DNA of 64,000 nt from an uncultured Ignavibacteria bacterium (GTDB lineage Bacteria > Zixibacteria > MSB-5A5 > WJJR01 > JAJRUJ01): assembly GCA_964461835.1 (NCBI GenBank), contig CAYWVO010000002.1, positions 23,600 through 87,599 on the forward strand, read 5' to 3'. Shown here piece by piece: positions 59,602 to 64,000 of the stretch. The translations under genes and the position numbers were made by a program. The notes under the pieces are model-generated. The model saw only the letters and a list, made by a program, of their open reading frames with translations, was not told the origin of the DNA and ran no database searches. Position 1 is the first letter of the stretch. The number at the start of each line of letters is the position of its first letter.

Positions 59602-60975
59602 TTACTCGGCCGCGGGTTCTTTTTTGGAGAATTTGTATTTGTTGATTTTGCGGTAGAGTGTGGAACTGTCGATACCAAGAATTTCGGCGGTCTTGGACTT
59701 ATTCCAGTCGGTCTGGTTCAGGACCCAATAGATGTAGGCCTTTTCGATAGATTCCAGCGTGGGGGACGCCGGCGACGCTGCTTCGACCGGCGTGGCCGCG
59801 GTCTCCTGGTGCAGTTTTTCGGAAAAGTCGGCAGGTTCAATATTCGTGCCTTTGCTGAGGAGCACCGCGCGTTCAAGCGCGTTCTGTAATTCGCGAACAT
59901 TACCCGGCCAGCGGTAGCGGCGCAGAACTTTTAATGCCGGGGCGGTAATCGACTTTTTCGGCAGTTTCAACCTCGTGCTGGCGCGTTCCAGGAAATGGTC
60001 CACCAGTTCCGGCAGATCATCCAGCCGCTCGCGGAGCGGGGGGAGGTAGATCGTAATGACATTCAACCGATAATACAAATCCGCCCGGAAGCGGTTATTG
60101 CGTACTGATTCATCGAGGTCAGAGTTGGTCGCAGCCAAAAGGCGTACATCGACGTTGATCGGTTGAATCGCACCGACCGGGGTAACGGATTGATCCTCCA
60201 GTGCGCGGAGCAATTTCACCTGAATGCCGGGCGAGGTCTCGCCGATTTCGTCGAGAAACAAGGTACCGGTATCGGCGGCGGTGAAGAGTCCGGTCTTTTC
60301 CTTGACTGCCCCGGTAAAGGCGCCTTTGGTATGACCAAACAGCTCGCTTTCCAACAATGGTTCCGGCAATGCCGCACAGTTGAGCGCGATAAACGGTGAA
60401 CCGAGGCGGCGGGAATGATTGTGAATCGCCCGGGCAATGAGATCCTTGCCCGTTCCGGATTCGCCACGGATGAGAATGGTCGAGTTTGTCTCGGCCACTT
60501 TGGTCGCCAATTCTTTCATTTTCAACACGGCCGGATTCTGGCCGATGAAACTGTCGAATGAGGCATCCTTGATGATGCGTTCTTTGAGGGAGGAGTTTTC
60601 TTCTTTGAGCTGTTTTTTCTCCAGGAAATTGCGAATGGCGATTTTGATTTCATCAACTTTGAACGGTTTCGTGATATAGTCGACAGCGCCGTTTTTGAGT
60701 GCGTCGATCGCCGAATCGACGGAGGCAAACGCCGTCATGACCATGAAGGGTGTTTGCGGTCGCGATTCTTTCACCTTGGAAAGCAATTCTAAACCGGACA
60801 TCTCCGGCATCATCAGGTCAGCGATGACCAGATCGAACGGTTCTTTCTGGAGACGCCCCAGCGCCTTGCGAGAGGACGGTTCCGAGACGACATCATACCC
60901 TTCCTTGGAGAGCATGATCTGCATGAAACGGCACATGCTCTCTTCATCATCGACAATGAGAATTTTATCTGCCAT
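59602..60975 (-). CDS. sigma-54-dependent response regulator (NtrC family)
   Basis: Receiver domain (ILIVDDE...DLVIADLMMPEMSG), AAA+ sigma-54 interaction domain (GESGTGKDLIARAIH, ESELFGH) and a C-terminal Fis-type HTH. Confidence 0.85.
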   Translation of the reverse strand: MADKILIVDDEESMCRFMQIMLSKEGYDVVSEPSSRKALGRLQKEPFDLVIADLMMPEMSGLELLSKVKESRPQTPFMVMTAFASVDSAIDALKNGAVDYITKPFKVDEIKIAIRNFLEKKQLKEENSSLKERIIKDASFDSFIGQNPAVLKMKELATKVAETNSTILIRGESGTGKDLIARAIHNHSRRLGSPFIALNCAALPEPLLESELFGHTKGAFTGAVKEKTGLFTAADTGTLFLDEIGETSPGIQVKLLRALEDQSVTPVGAIQPINVDVRLLAATNSDLDESVRNNRFRADLYYRLNVITIYLPPLRERLDDLPELVDHFLERASTRLKLPKKSITAPALKVLRRYRWPGNVRELQNALERAVLLSKGTNIEPADFSEKLHQETAATPVEAASPASPTLESIEKAYIYWVLNQTDWNKSKTAEILGIDSSTLYRKINKYKFSKKEPAAE

Positions 60976-61346
60976 GCTGGACCTGGATTATCAATCCCTG
61001 TTGCCTATATCGGCGACTCTCGCACGTTTCCTTGACTGCACCCGTATGCGGGGCACATGAGGAGTCCCGGCCGGGGTGAGGAAATTCAATTTGGAATCAA
61101 ACAACTCTCCTCTGGCAGTCGTTACCAAGATATAAGAACAGGGACGATTTTAGTAAGGTATTGCCAGCAGGGAGAGTGATTGCAGCTAACAGGCGGGAAA
61201 TTCGCATTGTTTTGCAGATTCTAAGAGATATTCTTAGGCTGCCTCAGAGTCCCTGGCTGCACCAAGCCATTGATAAAGTTACCATTTCGTTACATATCAA
61301 CCGCTTACGCAAATCGAAAAAAACCGCCGGTTGAGTAAGATTCACT

Positions 61347-61375
61347 TGACCTGAGGTACTCGATTTGCTAAGCTA
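61347..61375 (+). promoter_or_regulatory. putative sigma-70-type promoter (TTGACC -17- TAAGCT) upstream of the sugar transferase gene
   Basis: TTGACC at 61347-61352, 17-nt spacer, then TAAGCT. It overlaps the ORF-track TTG start at 61365, so the real start codon is probably further downstream. Confidence 0.3.
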
Positions 61376-62387
61376 TCAGGGGAAGGCCGACAGGCCTGGT
61401 GTTAAGGTTACCTGTGTACTAACTAAAATTGGAGTACCCACTCTTAGCTATTCAGTGCTGGAGGATATTAACGTGGCACCTCACCCGTATGGAGAGGATG
61501 CAGCCTACTCAGTCTACCCGCTCCGTGGAACCGCGTGGCCGACAGGACGGGAATCGGTAGCTGCCGGGCGTCTCGCCCAACTATTTGAACACCTTCGTTG
61601 CTGCTGGCGTGAATATGCTGTATCCAATTTCATTTTAGCGTTTCTCGCGTTGACGCTCATTGTTCGGACTACTGCGATTAGAATTTGGCGTGCGCGGTAT
61701 GTTATGGTCTGGCGGTGTAATGCCGTCTGTAAGCGGGCGTTTGATATCAGCGTGGCGATCAGTGGCTTAATCCTGTCGCTACTTTTGTTTATCATCATAC
61801 CGATCATGATCAAACTGGATTCACCGGGACCGGTATTTTTCCGGCAAGTACGCGTGGGGATTAATCGTCGCCGCAAGGATCGCCGGCGCATCACTGCTCC
61901 CGCGACCGGCGAACGGCGGGGTCGTAACCGTCGTCGGCAGGATCTGTACGGTCGACCATTTATGATCATCAAGTTTCGCTCGATGGTGGACAACGCCGAG
62001 AAGAAATGTGGGCCCATCTGGGCGACGGCCGATGATCCGCGTATTACGCGGGTGGGTGCGTTTTTGCGCAAGACCCGGCTCGATGAAATTCCGCAGTTTA
62101 TCAATATTCTGAAAGGCGACATGAGTCTGGTCGGTCCGCGACCGGAGCGCCCCCATTTTGTCGAACAGCTTTCCAAAGAGGTACCACACTTTCTGGACCG
62201 GTTACAGGTCACCCCGGGGATCACCGGATTGGCGCAAGTACGCAACGGTTACGATTCATCGGTAGATTCGGTCCATAAGAAGATCTCGTACGATCTGACA
62301 TATATCCGGTACTGGAACATATGGACTGACCTGAGAATCCTGGTGGCAACGATCCTGGTCGTCCTGACCGGACGTGGCGCCAATTGA
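61365..62387 (+). CDS. polyprenyl-phosphate sugar phosphotransferase (bacterial sugar transferase, WbaP/WcaJ C-terminal type)
   Basis: KRAFDI...LDSPGPVFFRQVRVG...FMIIKFRSM...DEIPQFINILKGDMSLVGPRPE motifs. Start uncertain: in-frame ATG at 61704 (MVWRCNAV...) or upstream. Confidence 0.75.
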   Translation: MLSYQGKADRPGVKVTCVLTKIGVPTLSYSVLEDINVAPHPYGEDAAYSVYPLRGTAWPTGRESVAAGRLAQLFEHLRCCWREYAVSNFILAFLALTLIVRTTAIRIWRARYVMVWRCNAVCKRAFDISVAISGLILSLLLFIIIPIMIKLDSPGPVFFRQVRVGINRRRKDRRRITAPATGERRGRNRRRQDLYGRPFMIIKFRSMVDNAEKKCGPIWATADDPRITRVGAFLRKTRLDEIPQFINILKGDMSLVGPRPERPHFVEQLSKEVPHFLDRLQVTPGITGLAQVRNGYDSSVDSVHKKISYDLTYIRYWNIWTDLRILVATILVVLTGRGAN

Positions 62388-62527
62388 GTATGGCGCCGAC
62401 CGTGTCCTTTTCTATCTCTGACTGCCCGCCAAAATTCTTTTTTGCGGCGCCCGAAAAAGTGTTGCGCGGCTTTTGCGCCGGGCTACATTCTATCCTCAGT
62501 AAAAAAGGCGTGAGGTAAAACGCCGAA

Positions 62528-63274
62528 TTGAAACTTTGGCGAAAGGGATTTCGCGTGCGTTCTTTTCTTACGTGCGTTCTACTGGTCGGCCTCGGGTCGG
62601 CTACTGCCCTGGGACAATCGGCGACATCCGGATCGGTGCAGATTGTTTCCTCGCCACCGGGATGTACCGTCTATCTGACCGGGGAGACTGAGATTATTAC
62701 CACCACCCCCGCACAGATTCCCGGCGGATTGCGCGGGACCTATCTGGTTCATGCTACGCGACCGGGGTATGAACGGTGGCACCAGGCAGTTGTCTTTGAT
62801 CCGGGTGCTCCGCAGACCTTGGCCATCGATCTCGTGCCCAAAACCCGCATCAAAGCGGCCATGCGTTCGCTGGTGATCCCCGGCTGGGGACAGTTTTACG
62901 CAGAGGAAAAAGGACGCGGTACGTTTTGGGGACTGTCCGTTTTAGTATCGGGTGTGGTCGGCACAATCTACGAACTGCGTTATCAAGACCGCAAAGACGA
63001 ATGGGAAGACGGCCTTGATCGCTTCCGTGACGCCACCTCGGTAAGCGAAAAAGAACAGGTGCGCGAGGAGGTACTGCGATTGCAGGACCGCGCCTATGAC
63101 GCCGAATCCACCCGGCGCCTTGTCTGGTCAATTACCGCCGGGATCTGGGCGGCAAACGTGGTCGATGCCCTTGTCTTTTTCCCGGCTGACAAGCGATTCG
63201 CCGGATTGCCGCTCACCGCCACGCCGGGATTTATCGACGGCAGTCCTGGAGCGTATCTCTCGATAACCTTTTAG
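62528..63274 (+). CDS. secreted PEGA-domain / DUF5683-like protein
   Basis: Signal peptide; a PEGA-like beta motif (SSPPGCTVYLTGE) and PGWGQFY, a motif seen in Bacteroidetes DUF5683 proteins. Confidence 0.45.
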   Translation: MKLWRKGFRVRSFLTCVLLVGLGSATALGQSATSGSVQIVSSPPGCTVYLTGETEIITTTPAQIPGGLRGTYLVHATRPGYERWHQAVVFDPGAPQTLAIDLVPKTRIKAAMRSLVIPGWGQFYAEEKGRGTFWGLSVLVSGVVGTIYELRYQDRKDEWEDGLDRFRDATSVSEKEQVREEVLRLQDRAYDAESTRRLVWSITAGIWAANVVDALVFFPADKRFAGLPLTATPGFIDGSPGAYLSITF

Positions 63275-63287
63275 TGGAGCAAAAACA

Positions 63288-64000
63288 TGGACACCGGCAC
63301 TAGAATTAAATGGTACACAATCATCGGTGCGGCATTACTCACCGCCACGGTTGTTGTCGCGTCATGCTCCCGAACTATCGAGAAACCGACCCAGAGCGAT
63401 TATCCGATTGATACACCTCCCACCCCGTTGGATATGACGGTGATGGTGGGAGACCAGGTCACCGAACTGCGCTGGAGTGAACAATCCGGGGTCGCACAGT
63501 ATCGGATTTACCGAGCCGATACTACCGCCACTGACTTTGAACTCTACGATTCAACTGAGACGACGAGCTATATCGACCGGGGTGTCTCTAACAATGTGAT
63601 TTACTTCTACCGCCTGGCCAGTGTGAATGGCGCGGGGGTCGAGGGGGGAATGTCCCCGGCTATTGCGGGCCGGCCGGGTATTTTTTCCGTGGCGATTGAG
63701 GATGATCGCGAATATGTGAATTCGCTGAATGTCACAGTCCAGCTTACTGCACCGACCGGCACCAACGCCGTGCGGTTGGCGTCATCGGCCGATTTTACCG
63801 GGCGGCCGTGGGTGCCCTATGCCGCTTCCCGTAGCTGGGAATTACCGCCGGGAGATGGTGTGAAGACCGCGTATGCCGAATTTCGCGACGTGTCCGGCGC
63901 TGTCACACGGAACCCGAGCAGCGACGACATCGTCCTCGATACCCGAGCCATTATCGATTCCGTCCGGATAATGAGCCTTCCTCAGGAATTATCTGTTGGA
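63288..64000 (+). CDS. hypothetical lipoprotein with fibronectin-III-like segment (3' end outside the window)
   Basis: ATG at 63288 with lipobox TVVVASCS. The frame is open to the window end. LRWSEQSGVAQYRIYRAD resembles an Fn3-like strand pattern. Confidence 0.4.

Noticed and set aside
61365-61703. ORF-track TTG start at 61365 for the sugar transferase
   Set aside because: The TTG lies inside the predicted -10 element of the upstream promoter. The conserved sugar-transferase core begins near the in-frame ATG at 61704. The N-terminal extension was kept only as a possibility because it contains one hydrophobic helix.
1-64000. CRISPR arrays, rRNA genes, IS elements or prophage blocks
   Set aside because: No regularly spaced short direct repeats, no rRNA-like conserved stretches, and no transposase/integrase apart from xerC. 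The only transposase-like HTH motifs form the N-terminus of the aconitase-like protein, without terminal inverted repeats.

Overview
The window is a high-GC (roughly 58-60%) bacterial chromosomal segment, densely coding on both strands. Its content is mostly housekeeping: topA 3' end, xerC-hslVU, argF, rlmD, rmuC, corA, a TolC-MFP-RND efflux operon, a glnA-gatAB-purNCH-coaBC-udg-manC-tsaC co-directional run, ftcD, an MFS transporter, and an ECF sigma/anti-sigma pair next to a sigma-54 activator. Three things suggest an FCB-group (Bacteroidetes/Chlorobi-like) organism: a complete, contiguous bacillithiol biosynthesis cluster (bshC-bshA-bshB), a selenocysteine incorporation locus (tRNA-Sec, selA, selB), and a secreted HExxH metalloprotease with a T9SS-type C-terminal sorting domain. 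The most unusual signals are: (i) a ~1.1 kb low-GC noncoding island (8133-9208) containing a deeply nested hairpin structure that looks like a structured ncRNA of no class I can name; (ii) a ~300 nt multi-hairpin, repeat-laden element between the SPFH gene and glnA, with mutually complementary hairpin loops and a TGTA-N8-TACA palindrome; (iii) an aconitase-family-like protein that has lost its Fe-S cysteine ligands and carries two IS3-transposase-like HTH motifs at its N-terminus; (iv) a 56-aa LiaF-TM-like membrane protein gene missed by the ORF track. No CRISPR array, rRNA, obvious prophage or IS element was found. All product calls come from reading the translated ORFs and motifs by eye; no database search was run. 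My base counting disagrees with the ORF-track coordinates by one nucleotide in the 53.7 kb region, so coordinates I placed by eye may be off by 1-2 nt there.
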